Source: an uncultured delta proteobacterium
GTDB taxonomy: Bacteria; Desulfobacterota; RBG-13-43-22
Direction of reading: 5' to 3'
NCBI GenBank assembly: GCA_963843145.1
Contig: CAWJJC010000020.1
Location: forward strand, 256,001 to 320,000
DNA length: 64,000 bases
Below, one piece after another: positions 1 through 9,632 of the stretch. The translations under genes were made by a program, and so were the position numbers. The notes below the pieces were generated by a model. The model made no database searches and was not told where the DNA came from. It saw only the letters and a program-made list of their open reading frames with translations. Each line of letters begins with the position of its first letter. Within the stretch, counting starts at the first letter, position 1.

Positions 1-1
1 T

Positions 2-313
2 TTAAGCCGGATCCTTTCCCGCCTGACCCCGGATAAAATCAAACTGGTCCTGGACAGCGGCGGGTACCGGGAGCGGCGGAAAAAGTATTTATCCACCCTG
101 GCCTTACGACTGGCCGAAAAATCCAAAAAAACCGGGAAACCGGTGGTGATGAGCCCCTTGAACGCCCACGACCGGAGGATCGTTCACGTGGCCCTGGAAA
201 AAGATAAATCCCTGAAAACCATCAGTCGGGGTGAAGGGGCGATGAAGAAAATCATTATCTCCTCGACCAACAAAAAACCCCCGGCGGCGGAGACCCCTCC
301 CCCGGAAGAATAG
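2..313 (+). CDS. jag: Jag/EloR (KhpB) RNA-binding protein, C-terminal part (R3H domain), 5'-truncated by window edge
   Basis: Manual translation ...LDSGGYRERRKKYLSTLALRLAEKSKKTGKPVVMSPLNAHDRRIVHVAL...SRGEG contains the R3H RxxxH motif; canonical position upstream of mnmE. Confidence 0.9.
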   Translation, partial: LSRILSRLTPDKIKLVLDSGGYRERRKKYLSTLALRLAEKSKKTGKPVVMSPLNAHDRRIVHVALEKDKSLKTISRGEGAMKKIIISSTNKKPPAAETPPPEE

Positions 314-325
314 TCAAAGGACAAC

Positions 326-376
326 CTCGCAAGAAGTCGCCAGGACGGTCCTGGCGACTTTTTGCGAGACCATCAA
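326..376. repeat. Palindromic MITE/REP-like element (CTCGCAAGAAGTC...GACTTTTTGCGAGACCATCAA)
   Basis: 21-bp near-perfect inverted repeat 326-346/348-368; ends match the terminal repeats of the element at 25412-25537. Confidence 0.75.
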
Positions 377-398
377 TACTGACTCCCCACCTAATTTA

Positions 399-1781
399 AT
401 GGAGAATCGTGAAACCATCGCGGCCGTTTCCACACCCTTGGGGATCGGGGGGATTGGAATTATCCGTTTAAGCGGTCCCCGGGCCTGGTCCATCGCTCGA
501 AAATTGTTTATTCCTCACCGGCCTGTTTCCAGAATAAAAACCCATCATCTGTACCTGGGTCGGATTTTAGACCCCGCCACCCACCAGTCTTTGGACGAGG
601 TTTTCCTTAGCTACATGGCCGCTCCGAAGACCTATACCCGCGAAGACCTGGTGGAGATCAACTGTCACAGCGGTTCCCTGGTCCTGAAAAAGATCCTGAA
701 TCTGGTCTTGAGCCAGGGAGCCCGTCTGGCCGAACCCGGCGAATTTACCCTTCGGGCCTTCCTGAACGGCCGCATCGATCTGACCCAGGCCGAAGGGGTC
801 ATTGAACTGCTCCGGGCCCAAAGTGATCAGGCCCTTTTTCAGGCCAACAAGCTGCTGAAAGGTGAACTCCAGAAAACCATAGTCGCCATTCAAGACGAGC
901 TGCTTTCTCTGCTGGCTCAACTGGAGGCCGCTATCGATTTCCCCGAAGAGGAATTGGAAATCATCAACCCTCAGGACTGGAAGCAACAACTGGCTCAACA
1001 GGTCATACAACCCCTGGAAATTTTAATTCAAGCCTACGAAGACGGACAAATCTTTCGGGAGGGGATTACCCTGGTCATCGTGGGTAAACCGAATGTGGGC
1101 AAGTCCAGCCTGCTCAACCGCCTCCTGCAGGAAGAACGGGCTATCGTTACCGCCGTTCCCGGGACTACCCGGGACACGATCGAGGAACCCCTGACGATCC
1201 AAGGCATACCCTTCCGACTGATTGATACGGCCGGAATCCATCAGGCCCGGGAAGAAGTCGAACAGGCCGGTATTGCCCGAAGCCGCCAAAAAATGAATGA
1301 GGCCCACCTGGTCCTGTTTATGTTGGATCGTTCCTCCCCCCTTGATGGAAAAGACCTGGACCTTTATGAGGAGATCAAGGACCGGCCGCATTTTATCCTC
1401 CTCAACAAAATGGATTTGCCCGCCGGGTTAAAGGAAGAGGAACTCTTCAGGACTTTCCCCGACGACCGACGACTGACCCTCTCCGCCAGGACCGGAGAAG
1501 GGTTGGAGGATTTGAAAAAACAGGTGGTGGTCTGGTTTCTCCAGGACCATCCCCTGGAAACCGCCCCGGCCCTGGTCCCTACCCTCCGTCAGAATATCAT
1601 TTTGGAGAAAACCCGGGAGGTCCTTCTTGAAGCGTACCGCGAAGTGAGCCAAAAGGTATCGGCGGAATTCATCGCCGTTCCCGTTCAGGAGGCCCTGAAC
1701 GAGTTGGGATCCCTGGTGGGCAAGACGACCAGCGAGGATGTATTGGAAAAAATTTTCAGCCGGTTCTGTGTTGGGAAGTGA
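399..1781 (+). CDS. mnmE: tRNA uridine-34 modification GTPase MnmE
   Basis: TIAAVSTP..GGIGIIRLSG N-terminus, GKPNVGKSS, GTTRD, DTAG, NKMD motifs, terminal FCVGK. Confidence 0.98.
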   Translation: MENRETIAAVSTPLGIGGIGIIRLSGPRAWSIARKLFIPHRPVSRIKTHHLYLGRILDPATHQSLDEVFLSYMAAPKTYTREDLVEINCHSGSLVLKKILNLVLSQGARLAEPGEFTLRAFLNGRIDLTQAEGVIELLRAQSDQALFQANKLLKGELQKTIVAIQDELLSLLAQLEAAIDFPEEELEIINPQDWKQQLAQQVIQPLEILIQAYEDGQIFREGITLVIVGKPNVGKSSLLNRLLQEERAIVTAVPGTTRDTIEEPLTIQGIPFRLIDTAGIHQAREEVEQAGIARSRQKMNEAHLVLFMLDRSSPLDGKDLDLYEEIKDRPHFILLNKMDLPAGLKEEELFRTFPDDRRLTLSARTGEGLEDLKKQVVVWFLQDHPLETAPALVPTLRQNIILEKTREVLLEAYREVSQKVSAEFIAVPVQEALNELGSLVGKTTSEDVLEKIFSRFCVGK

Positions 1782-1804
1782 ATCAGAAAGCTGTTTACAT
1801 AAAG

Positions 1805-1833
1805 GAACGTCCAACATTGGATGTTCGACGTTC
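1805..1833. repeat. Heptamer-derived palindrome (GAACGTCCAACAT-tgg-ATGTTCGACGTTC), possible terminator
   Basis: 12/13-bp inverted repeat followed by a short T-run; same CGATGTT-type unit as at 20909-21060 and 37262-37295. Confidence 0.5.
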
Positions 1834-1938
1834 AACTTTTCAGTAACCCTTTCGCGGTCCATCCAACGCAAAAATAACTTACCGTTTTTTTGGGGGGGGT
1901 GAGAGGGTTCTCGGTAGGTAGCGGCTATTTTTTTACCA

Positions 1939-2646
1939 ATGAATAAACCACCAAACAAAAAATTGGACCGGAATCTCGATCCGACGGAAGCCCGCACTCT
2001 TCTGGAGCTCGGTACCCGGGCACTGGACCTGAACCTCGTCCCGGGACAGATAAACCAGTTCCTGGCCTACCTGGATCTGCTGCTCAAATGGAACCAGAAA
2101 ATGAACCTGACCGCCCTTCGGGCGCCGCGGGAAATCATCATTCACCATTTCCTGGATTCTCTTCTCCTCTTGCCCTATTTGCCGGATACCGGGTACCTGC
2201 TGGACCTGGGTTCCGGCGCCGGTTTCCCCGGGATCCCGCTGAAGATCGTCCGCCCCGGCCTGACCGTCGATTTAGCGGAGGCCACCGCCAAAAAAGTCAG
2301 TTTTTTGAAGGAAGCCCTCCGTCGCCTGGGATTGTCCGCTATGAACGTCATTCCCGTCTATCTGGGGAAAGAACCGGTGTCTCTCCCGCTGGAAGTATCC
2401 TGGGACTTCTTTGTCAGTCGGGGAGTGAAATTGGAGGCCGTCCTGAGGGCGGTAAACCCTTTTTGGGGTCCGGCACAGCGCCTGCTGCTGATGAAGGGAC
2501 CGAACTGGCGCGAAGAAATTGAAAGACTTCAAGCATCGCTCAAAAAACAGCAGGTAGGGGTGGAAAGGACCATCCCTTTAGCAAACCCCTTGTCCGCAAA
2601 ACGATGGGTGCTGGTGATTTTAGGTAAGACCGGCCGGCCTGGGTAA
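1939..2646 (+). CDS. rsmG: 16S rRNA (guanine527-N7)-methyltransferase RsmG (GidB)
   Basis: LLKWNQKMNLTA, HFLDSL, LDLGSGAGFPGIPL, KKVSFL, MKG motifs. Confidence 0.95.
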   Translation: MNKPPNKKLDRNLDPTEARTLLELGTRALDLNLVPGQINQFLAYLDLLLKWNQKMNLTALRAPREIIIHHFLDSLLLLPYLPDTGYLLDLGSGAGFPGIPLKIVRPGLTVDLAEATAKKVSFLKEALRRLGLSAMNVIPVYLGKEPVSLPLEVSWDFFVSRGVKLEAVLRAVNPFWGPAQRLLLMKGPNWREEIERLQASLKKQQVGVERTIPLANPLSAKRWVLVILGKTGRPG

Positions 2647-2805
2647 TTCACGATGTCCATTGATCGTTCGTCGGGGTTTTAAAAGAACATGGCCGTCGAT
2701 CAATCCAAGGCCTCGAAGATTTTTTTTGCCGGTTGTCCCTTGATCAGCAGATGACCGGAGAAGTCATATAGCTCTTTTATTTAACATTCGAAAGGGGATA
2801 ATGTC

Positions 2806-4599
2806 ATGTCTAAACCAATAGGCGACGGGAAAAATAGGGTAAAACCGGTCGCGGAACGTCCGGTTGAAAACAGCAGGGGAACTAAATCATCGATACCGGT
2901 GGCCGGCGGAAGCGCCGGGAAGCCGGCGACAGCGTCGCCTGCTTCAGGGAGGAAATCCAAAAAGGAGATTATGATTCGGCTTCCTCTTGGTATTGCGGTA
3001 TTACGGGATCCGGCCTTTAATAAAGGCTCGGCCTTCAGCGAAGCGGAGCGGGATGCCTTAGGCATTCGTGGCCTGTTGCCGCCCCGGATCCAAACCATAG
3101 AGGGTCAGCTTATCCGGGTTCTCGGAAACGTGAGGAGAAAGCCCACCAACCTTGATCGGTATATCTTTCTCGCGGGCCTTCAAGACCGGAACATGACCCT
3201 GTTTTACCGACTGATTCTGGAGAATATTGAAGAGCTGATGCCCATTGTCTACACCCCTACGGTCGGACAGGCCTGCCTGGAATACAGCTATATTATGCGA
3301 AGACCTCATGGTGTGTTCATTACAGCGAACGACCGGGGGAACATCGTTGGTCTGCTACGGCACGCACGCATCCAAGATATTCGTATCATTGTAGTAACCG
3401 ATGGGGAGCGCATCCTCGGCCTGGGAGACATCGGGGCGCACGGCATGGGCATCCCCTCAGGGAAGCTCTCCCTCTATACCGCCTGCGGAGGGATTCATCC
3501 CTTTCACGGTCTTCCGGTGACCATTGATGTGGGCACGGAAAACGAAGACCTGCTCAATGATCCGCTCTATATCGGCCTCAGACAGCGACGGCTACGTGGA
3601 GCGCCGTATAATGAGCTGATCGACGAGTTTATTGTCGCGGCGCAGGAGATGTTTCCCGGCGTTCTCATCCAGTTTGAGGATTTTGCCAACCACAATGCCT
3701 TTCGCCTCTTGCAGAAATATCAGAACCGGATTTGCTGCTTCAATGACGACATTCAGGGAACGGCTTCCGTAACGCTGGCCGGGATTTATGCCGCCACGCA
3801 CATCACCGGAGGAAAGCTCAAAGATCAGAAGATCCTCTTTCTTGGCGCGGGTGAGGCGGGAATCGGAACCAGCAATCTGATGGTTACGGCCATGGTGGAT
3901 GAGGGGCTTACCGAAGAAGAGGCCCGGGAGCGATGCTGGTTTGTAGATTCCAAGGGCCTGGTCGTGAAGTCCCGTACCGACCTGCGCGGGGGCAAACTCT
4001 CCTATGCCCATGATTATGAGTTCATCCCGGACTTTCTCGGGTGCGTTGAAGCCCTCAAGCCCACGGCTATCATCGGGGTCTCAGGAAAGCCCGGCATGTT
4101 CACGCAACCAGTGCTGGAAGCCATGGCCAGGATCAACGAAAGGCCCATCGTCTTCTCCCTTTCCAATCCGACTTCCAAAACCGAGTGCACGGCGCACGAC
4201 GCCTACACTTGGACGAAAGGCCGCGCCATCTTTGCCAGCGGCAGCCCCTTTGATCCGGTCACGGTCAACAACCAAACATTTGTTCCTGCTCAAGGGAATA
4301 ACGTTTACATCTTTCCAGGTGTGGGGTTGGGTGTCATCGCCTCCGCTGCCGCGCACGTCACGGACGAAATGTTCCTGGTTGCCGCCCGGACCCTGGCACG
4401 ACACGTGTCTTACGCTGATCTGGCCCAGGGAAGTCTCTACCCTCCTTTGCCCAAGATCCGGGACGTCTCCACAGCGATCGCCGTCGAGGTGGCCGAAACG
4501 GCATACCAGCGAGGGCTGGCGCGCGGGCCGCGACCTGACGATTTGGCGTCCTATGTCAAGTCACTCATGTATTATCCGGAATACCAGCGTTTTGCCTGA
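2806..4599 (+). CDS. maeA: NAD(P)-dependent malic enzyme, large MaeA/SfcA-type subunit (start may be 2971)
   Basis: FNKGSAF, RGLLPP, PIVYTPTVG, VVTDGERILGLGD, QFEDF, FNDDIQGT, GAGEAG, LSNPT motifs. Confidence 0.93.
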   Translation: MSKPIGDGKNRVKPVAERPVENSRGTKSSIPVAGGSAGKPATASPASGRKSKKEIMIRLPLGIAVLRDPAFNKGSAFSEAERDALGIRGLLPPRIQTIEGQLIRVLGNVRRKPTNLDRYIFLAGLQDRNMTLFYRLILENIEELMPIVYTPTVGQACLEYSYIMRRPHGVFITANDRGNIVGLLRHARIQDIRIIVVTDGERILGLGDIGAHGMGIPSGKLSLYTACGGIHPFHGLPVTIDVGTENEDLLNDPLYIGLRQRRLRGAPYNELIDEFIVAAQEMFPGVLIQFEDFANHNAFRLLQKYQNRICCFNDDIQGTASVTLAGIYAATHITGGKLKDQKILFLGAGEAGIGTSNLMVTAMVDEGLTEEEARERCWFVDSKGLVVKSRTDLRGGKLSYAHDYEFIPDFLGCVEALKPTAIIGVSGKPGMFTQPVLEAMARINERPIVFSLSNPTSKTECTAHDAYTWTKGRAIFASGSPFDPVTVNNQTFVPAQGNNVYIFPGVGLGVIASAAAHVTDEMFLVAARTLARHVSYADLAQGSLYPPLPKIRDVSTAIAVEVAETAYQRGLARGPRPDDLASYVKSLMYYPEYQRFA

Positions 4600-4657
4600 C
4601 ACTCCGGCTTCAGTCTTCTTCGGAATCGAATGGACCGGAAACAAGGGCATCGCTTTC

Positions 4658-5413
4658 TCAAGATAAATCTCCTTCCACTTTTCCTTCCGGCCGGGTCGCC
4701 TCCTTTTCTTGCCGGTGTTTCTCAAGGGCTTTCCAGTGGTGATGGTCTCGATGCCGGCGGATAGCGGCCTCCAGCCTGGGGCGCAGGAAAAAAGCCCCCC
4801 CCAGAAGCAAAAGGGAGATCCCGATCATGATCCCCAGGGCCAGGTAATTTTTTTCCCGGGCCAGATGACCCTGGAAGCTCAAGAAAGCCGTTCCCAAAAA
4901 TCGCCCGGCCGTGGAGATAATCAAAAAGGTTTTTAAATCCATATGGCCCAGCCCCAGGAGGTAACAGAGATAATCTTTGGGAAATCCGGGAATTAAAAAA
5001 AGGAGAAAGGCGATCCAGGTCCCCTTGTGGGCCATCAGATAATCATAGCGCTCCATGGTTTTAGGTTTGATGATTCGTTCGACCAGCGGGCGGCCGACCC
5101 AGCGGGCAAAAATAAAGGCCAGCCAGGAACCTATGCCCAGCCCGATGGTGGAATACAGGAGTCCGAAAAAGTTACCGTAGATGAACCCGCCCAGAAACCC
5201 GGTAACCTCTCCGGGAATGGGGGCGAAAAGGACTTGAAAAACTTGAAGACCAATGAAGATGAGCGGGGAGACACTCCCGAAAGATTTAATAAAGCGGGCT
5301 AACCGCTGGCGGTCAAAAAAAAAGGAATAGAATTCGCTCTGGTTAACGATCAAGTAGAGCAGGATGGAAAAAAGGACCAGCAGTCCCAGGCTGATTCCGA
5401 TGGTCTTCTTCAT
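4658..5413 (-). CDS. TVP38/TMEM64 (DedA/SNARE-associated superfamily) membrane protein
   Basis: QVLFAPIPGE, G..YG...G..YS.IG...GS, FLIPGFPKDYLCY motifs. Confidence 0.85.
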   Translation of the reverse strand: MKKTIGISLGLLVLFSILLYLIVNQSEFYSFFFDRQRLARFIKSFGSVSPLIFIGLQVFQVLFAPIPGEVTGFLGGFIYGNFFGLLYSTIGLGIGSWLAFIFARWVGRPLVERIIKPKTMERYDYLMAHKGTWIAFLLFLIPGFPKDYLCYLLGLGHMDLKTFLIISTAGRFLGTAFLSFQGHLAREKNYLALGIMIGISLLLLGGAFFLRPRLEAAIRRHRDHHHWKALEKHRQEKEATRPEGKVEGDLS

Positions 5414-7371
5414 TTTCGGGGAAGTTGTTGGACGATGAGCTGATGGAGTTCGGCCAACTCCTCCAGGAGGGTGGCGGCCAGGGAGGATTGTTCCTGGTGA
5501 GCTTGAACCAGCGGCCCATACTGTTGATAAACCTGCCTGGCCTGACCGGCCAACCCATCCACCAGTTGTTTTTGTTCTTCCAGGGTCTGGTTCATCCTTT
5601 TAGCCGTACCATCGATTTTTCCGGCCGCCTCCTGCAGGCGGATCTGCCGCCGGCCTTGGGTCGGCAGGAGGCGTTCCAAATTCTCCCAGAAGGCCCGCAA
5701 GCCCTCCATCTCTTTCACCAGTTGTTCTCCCTTGGTTCCCTGGATTAATAATTCATGACCCTGAGAATCGATGAATTCCCTCATCTCTTCCAATTGATTC
5801 GAAAGGGTCCGAAAGCCCCCCAGCCCGGACTCCTGAAAGATCTTCCGGAGGGGCCTGATCTGTGACCAGACGTTTTGCAGGTTTTGATTCAATTCCCGCA
5901 GTTGGATCCCCTGAAATTCGGCCAGCTTTTGCAGCCGTCGGGCAATCGAAGGACTGGTCGAGGAGGCCCGAGGGAGCGAACCCGCCGTCCAAGTCTGATC
6001 CTGAAACAGAACCATCAAACCCTGGCCTTGGGTCAAGATCCGCGTCAGGTCATCCAGCATTTTTTCGCCGAGACCTTTCTGTTCCGCCAGCCCCCTTTTC
6101 CATTGATCGATGGCCGGCCAGGCCGATTCCAGAGCCGCCAACAGGTTACTCCATTCTTGCAGTGAGGACTCCCAGGGTGGATTTTTCTCCGTTTTCAGGC
6201 TTTGATCGGCAGCCGCAACGGCCTCGGTCGGCGGTGAAACAGCAGGGACTTTCCGGCCTTCCGCCAGGGGAACAAGAATTTGATTCACCTGTCCGCTGAG
6301 ACCGCGAATTTCTTCCATCACCTTGATCAGGTCCTCTGGTGTTTTCCCCTTGTGAAAGGCATTGAGCGAGGCCTTTAAGGCCAAAAGGGTAATCTTTTCA
6401 TTCAAGGCCAGCAGGGATTCCCAAGGACCGTGCGAATCCGAATCCCCACCGGACCTGGTTCCCATTGAACCGGAGGTTTCCTCTCGCCGCTTCAGGTTTT
6501 GTTTAAGCTCCTCCAGGGTTCGCCGGCCAGGAGCTATCGCTGCGGCCACCTGATCCCATTGCCCCCCCCCCGGTCCGGAGTTCAGGGCTCGGAGTCCCTG
6601 ATGCATTCGAGACAAGTCCTGCGCAGTTTCCTGAGCGGCCTCGGAAAGATTTTGGAGATAAGCCGATACCCGCTTATAAAACCCATCCCGATTTTCAGCG
6701 TTTCCGGTCTCCGGGGAATGGCTCCGCCCCAACTCCCCCAGCAGACGGGCCAGGTCTTCTTGGGTCTTGAGGAGTTCCTTTAACTGTTCCTGGTGATGGT
6801 CTCCGAAAAAAAACCCGGGGTTCATCTGTTCCAGGACCGCCAGCAACTCCTGATCCTTATTTTCCATCGTCCGGACCGCCTCCTGGACAGTCCCGGACAG
6901 CGACTCCTGCCGACGTTTTAGATTTTGGGTGCGGGCCGCTATTTCCCTGGTCAACCCGGTCACCCGGGTCAGGATCGCTTTTCTCCCCTGGAGCGTATCT
7001 TCCACGGCCAGCCTCAGGGCATTGATCTCCTCCGTCAGATCTTTCAAAGCCCCGTAGGAGCTGGCCAGTTGGCGTTCCTGTCCGGCCAGGGCATCGGCCT
7101 GGCCGTCCAATTCGGACAACGATCGGGCCAGGTCTTCCGCCACCCGGGAAAACCCCCTTACCCGGCGCGCGGACTCCGGAAAAATCCCCGGGTCCTCCGG
7201 GGGCCCCGTTTCCAGCGCTTTCCGAAAACTTCCGGGAAGGCTGTTTCCCAGCCAAAGTTCGACGAACCCCCGCAGGGCGACGGCTTGCCGAACCAGCTCA
7301 TCGGCACGAAGCCGGAGGGTGGCCAGTCTTTTCTCAAAACCATCCTGGAAAGGAAACCGCGGGTCTTCCAT
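5410..7371 (-). CDS. Soluble coiled-coil protein with degenerate methyl-accepting chemotaxis (MCP) signalling-like segments
   Basis: Heptad-rich, no TM segment; ITLLALKASLNAFHKGKTPEDLIKVMEEIRGLS resembles the MCP tip TNLLALNAAIEAARAGE.GRGFAVVA.EVRKLA; adjacent to a CheW-domain gene. Confidence 0.55.
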   Translation of the reverse strand: MEDPRFPFQDGFEKRLATLRLRADELVRQAVALRGFVELWLGNSLPGSFRKALETGPPEDPGIFPESARRVRGFSRVAEDLARSLSELDGQADALAGQERQLASSYGALKDLTEEINALRLAVEDTLQGRKAILTRVTGLTREIAARTQNLKRRQESLSGTVQEAVRTMENKDQELLAVLEQMNPGFFFGDHHQEQLKELLKTQEDLARLLGELGRSHSPETGNAENRDGFYKRVSAYLQNLSEAAQETAQDLSRMHQGLRALNSGPGGGQWDQVAAAIAPGRRTLEELKQNLKRREETSGSMGTRSGGDSDSHGPWESLLALNEKITLLALKASLNAFHKGKTPEDLIKVMEEIRGLSGQVNQILVPLAEGRKVPAVSPPTEAVAAADQSLKTEKNPPWESSLQEWSNLLAALESAWPAIDQWKRGLAEQKGLGEKMLDDLTRILTQGQGLMVLFQDQTWTAGSLPRASSTSPSIARRLQKLAEFQGIQLRELNQNLQNVWSQIRPLRKIFQESGLGGFRTLSNQLEEMREFIDSQGHELLIQGTKGEQLVKEMEGLRAFWENLERLLPTQGRRQIRLQEAAGKIDGTAKRMNQTLEEQKQLVDGLAGQARQVYQQYGPLVQAHQEQSSLAATLLEELAELHQLIVQQLPRK

Positions 7372-7387
7372 AGCTGCTCCTTCATCC

Positions 7388-8563
7388 TCACTTCAGGCAA
7401 GCGATGATTTTTTCCACATCCCACACATAGAGAAATCGATCTTTTACTTGGATCAACCGATCCCGAAAAGGTTTCCGGCTTAGCGCCGGGTCGGAGGGCA
7501 GCGGATAGCCATCGGCAGCGGCGGAAGTCGTCAACTCACGAACCGCATCGACCAGCAACCCGGCGGCCACCCCTTTGGTCTCCACCAGGATCAAGCGCCC
7601 GGTTTCACCGGGAGGCACTTTTTCCAACTTTCCCCAACGCCTTAAATCGATTATCGGTACCCGACGCTGATTGATGTCGGACAGCCCCACGAGGGGTTGA
7701 TACTCCCGGGGCAATTGGATCAGAGGGGCTTGATCTTCGACGCTCAAGACCTGATCCGCGGGAAGGGCGTAGAGTTCCTTTTGGATTTCAAAAAGGAGAT
7801 AATAGGCGGCCGCCTCTGGAAAAGGCCCCAAAACCTTCCGGACTTTAAAAGTCGGATCCTGTTGGCCGGGACCGCTATCTTTTTCCTCCCCCTCCAGACA
7901 GTGCTGAAGGGAAAGATAATGAGCCTCAAGGGTCGTCAGGTCTTCCCGCAGCTTCTCTATGATTTCAGAAATGCTCTGAACCGCGGGTGGCCGGTCGGCC
8001 GTTCCCGAAGCTGATTTGGATGGCTCAAAAAGAGGGGATTCCCTCTTCATTCTGCGCGGTTCGGAGGGTCCTTCCGCGGGCCGGGCGGATTCGGGTTCCC
8101 CGGACCATAATCCTCCGGGCGAAGGCTTATCAACGGGGGGAATGAAATCCTTCCCGTCTCGACCACCCGGTGAATTCGGTTGATGCGGTTTCTTTGACTC
8201 TTCCTGGACTATTAGGTAGTCGATTAATGAAAAAATTTTCTGCCCGAACTCCGACTTGGAGATAAACCCTTCGGCGCCCGCTTCCTTAGCGGCCAGACGG
8301 TATTCGGGGTAATCCTGGGGGCTGAGCATTATAACCTTGGGCGGGTTTGGCTGTTCGCTGATCCGCCGGCTGACATCCAAACCGTTTACACCGGACAGGC
8401 TCCAATTTATCAATACCAGTTCCGGACACAGCGCCTGGGTCCGATCAACCGCTTCCTCTCCGGAACTGGCGTATCCGACGACTTCCAGGTGAGGAGCCAG
8501 CGCAAGAAGACGTTCGGCCGCCGTCAGGAATTCCGGATTGTCGTCCACCAGGAGAACGCGCAT
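7388..8563 (-). CDS. Receiver domain - Pro-rich linker - CheW domain fusion protein
   Basis: N-terminal MRVLLVDD...GFISK receiver; C-terminal YLLFEI..ELYALP..QV...VGL..I....VPIIDLR...GLLVDAV CheW signature. Confidence 0.8.
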   Translation of the reverse strand: MRVLLVDDNPEFLTAAERLLALAPHLEVVGYASSGEEAVDRTQALCPELVLINWSLSGVNGLDVSRRISEQPNPPKVIMLSPQDYPEYRLAAKEAGAEGFISKSEFGQKIFSLIDYLIVQEESKKPHQPNSPGGRDGKDFIPPVDKPSPGGLWSGEPESARPAEGPSEPRRMKRESPLFEPSKSASGTADRPPAVQSISEIIEKLREDLTTLEAHYLSLQHCLEGEEKDSGPGQQDPTFKVRKVLGPFPEAAAYYLLFEIQKELYALPADQVLSVEDQAPLIQLPREYQPLVGLSDINQRRVPIIDLRRWGKLEKVPPGETGRLILVETKGVAAGLLVDAVRELTTSAAADGYPLPSDPALSRKPFRDRLIQVKDRFLYVWDVEKIIACLK

Positions 8564-8756
8564 GGATTAATGGACCCTATCTAACCCGAAAAATTTAGAA
8601 AAGATTTTTCCCGCAGACAACTGAGGGTGCGGGATAACCCCTATCCGTGAATCCCCGTTCCCGTCAGCTCAGCCCGCATTAAACCCCAAATAACAATAAA
8701 AAACAATCCCATAGTTGTCTGGACCGGGTGCAAAGGATAAAAATCAATCTCTTTGG

Positions 8757-9629
8757 TTAGGCCCGGCGATAAAGACCGGCCGACTGGATGACCTCCCCGG
8801 AGCGAACCAGGCGTTCCAGTTGCTTTTCCAAATGGATCTGTTCAAACCAGCGGATCAGAAATTGAGGTTCCGGGTAATGGGGATAGAAAAAGTTTTTGCC
8901 CAAAAAAAAATCCAGGGGGTGTGGTTCGGATAATTCCTGCAGCAACAGCCGGTCCCGTTGGTAAATCACCTCTTCAAAAGCCAAAAGACGTTCCGCCGAT
9001 TGATCGAAAAAGGGACCGGCGTGCCCGGTGGCCAGCCGTTTGGCCGGCACCTTTCTCAAGGAGCGGATGGACTGAATAAAACCATCGATATCGGCAAAAT
9101 CATGCCCGTAAAAGGGGCCGAAGGGGGTTAAATCAATATCAGCGGTAAAAAGAAACTCGGCCTCGGGGACAAAAAAAGCCAGATGTCCGGGGGTGTGCCC
9201 GGGGGTGGGCAACATCTCCAAAGTCAGCCCGCCCAGGTCCAATTGCTCCCTGGTTTCGATTTTTTTTTGGACCTTGATTAAGGGTACCTCGATGCCCGGG
9301 AAGATCTTCTCCAGATTGAAGCCTCCGCGGTCGAAACCGACCGCTTTCCGAAAATAGGGAAGATCTTCCAGATAAGAAGCTTCCTTTTCATGGGCCCAGA
9401 CCGGGACCTCGGGGATCGAGGCCGCGGAAAGGCGGTGGTCAATATGGCAGTGGCTTAGAATCAGTAAGTCCAGTCCTTCCCGACGGCAGGCTCGAACGGC
9501 CGACTTCCCCATACCGGCATCGATCAGGACCCGCAGCTTCTTACCCCGCAAATAAAGACCGTTGCAATAGGGAAAGCGGGCCCTGTTTTTCCCGGGGATT
9601 AAAAAAACGCGTCGACAAAGTTCGATCAT
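8757..9629 (-). CDS. MBL-fold metallo-hydrolase
   Basis: SHCHIDH, TPGHTPGH, FTAD, TGH motifs. Confidence 0.88.
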   Translation of the reverse strand: MIELCRRVFLIPGKNRARFPYCNGLYLRGKKLRVLIDAGMGKSAVRACRREGLDLLILSHCHIDHRLSAASIPEVPVWAHEKEASYLEDLPYFRKAVGFDRGGFNLEKIFPGIEVPLIKVQKKIETREQLDLGGLTLEMLPTPGHTPGHLAFFVPEAEFLFTADIDLTPFGPFYGHDFADIDGFIQSIRSLRKVPAKRLATGHAGPFFDQSAERLLAFEEVIYQRDRLLLQELSEPHPLDFFLGKNFFYPHYPEPQFLIRWFEQIHLEKQLERLVRSGEVIQSAGLYRRA

Positions 9630-9632
9630 CTA

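Noticed and set aside
1-2800. oriC near mnmE/rsmG
   Set aside because: No cluster of DnaA boxes or AT-rich unwinding element is visible
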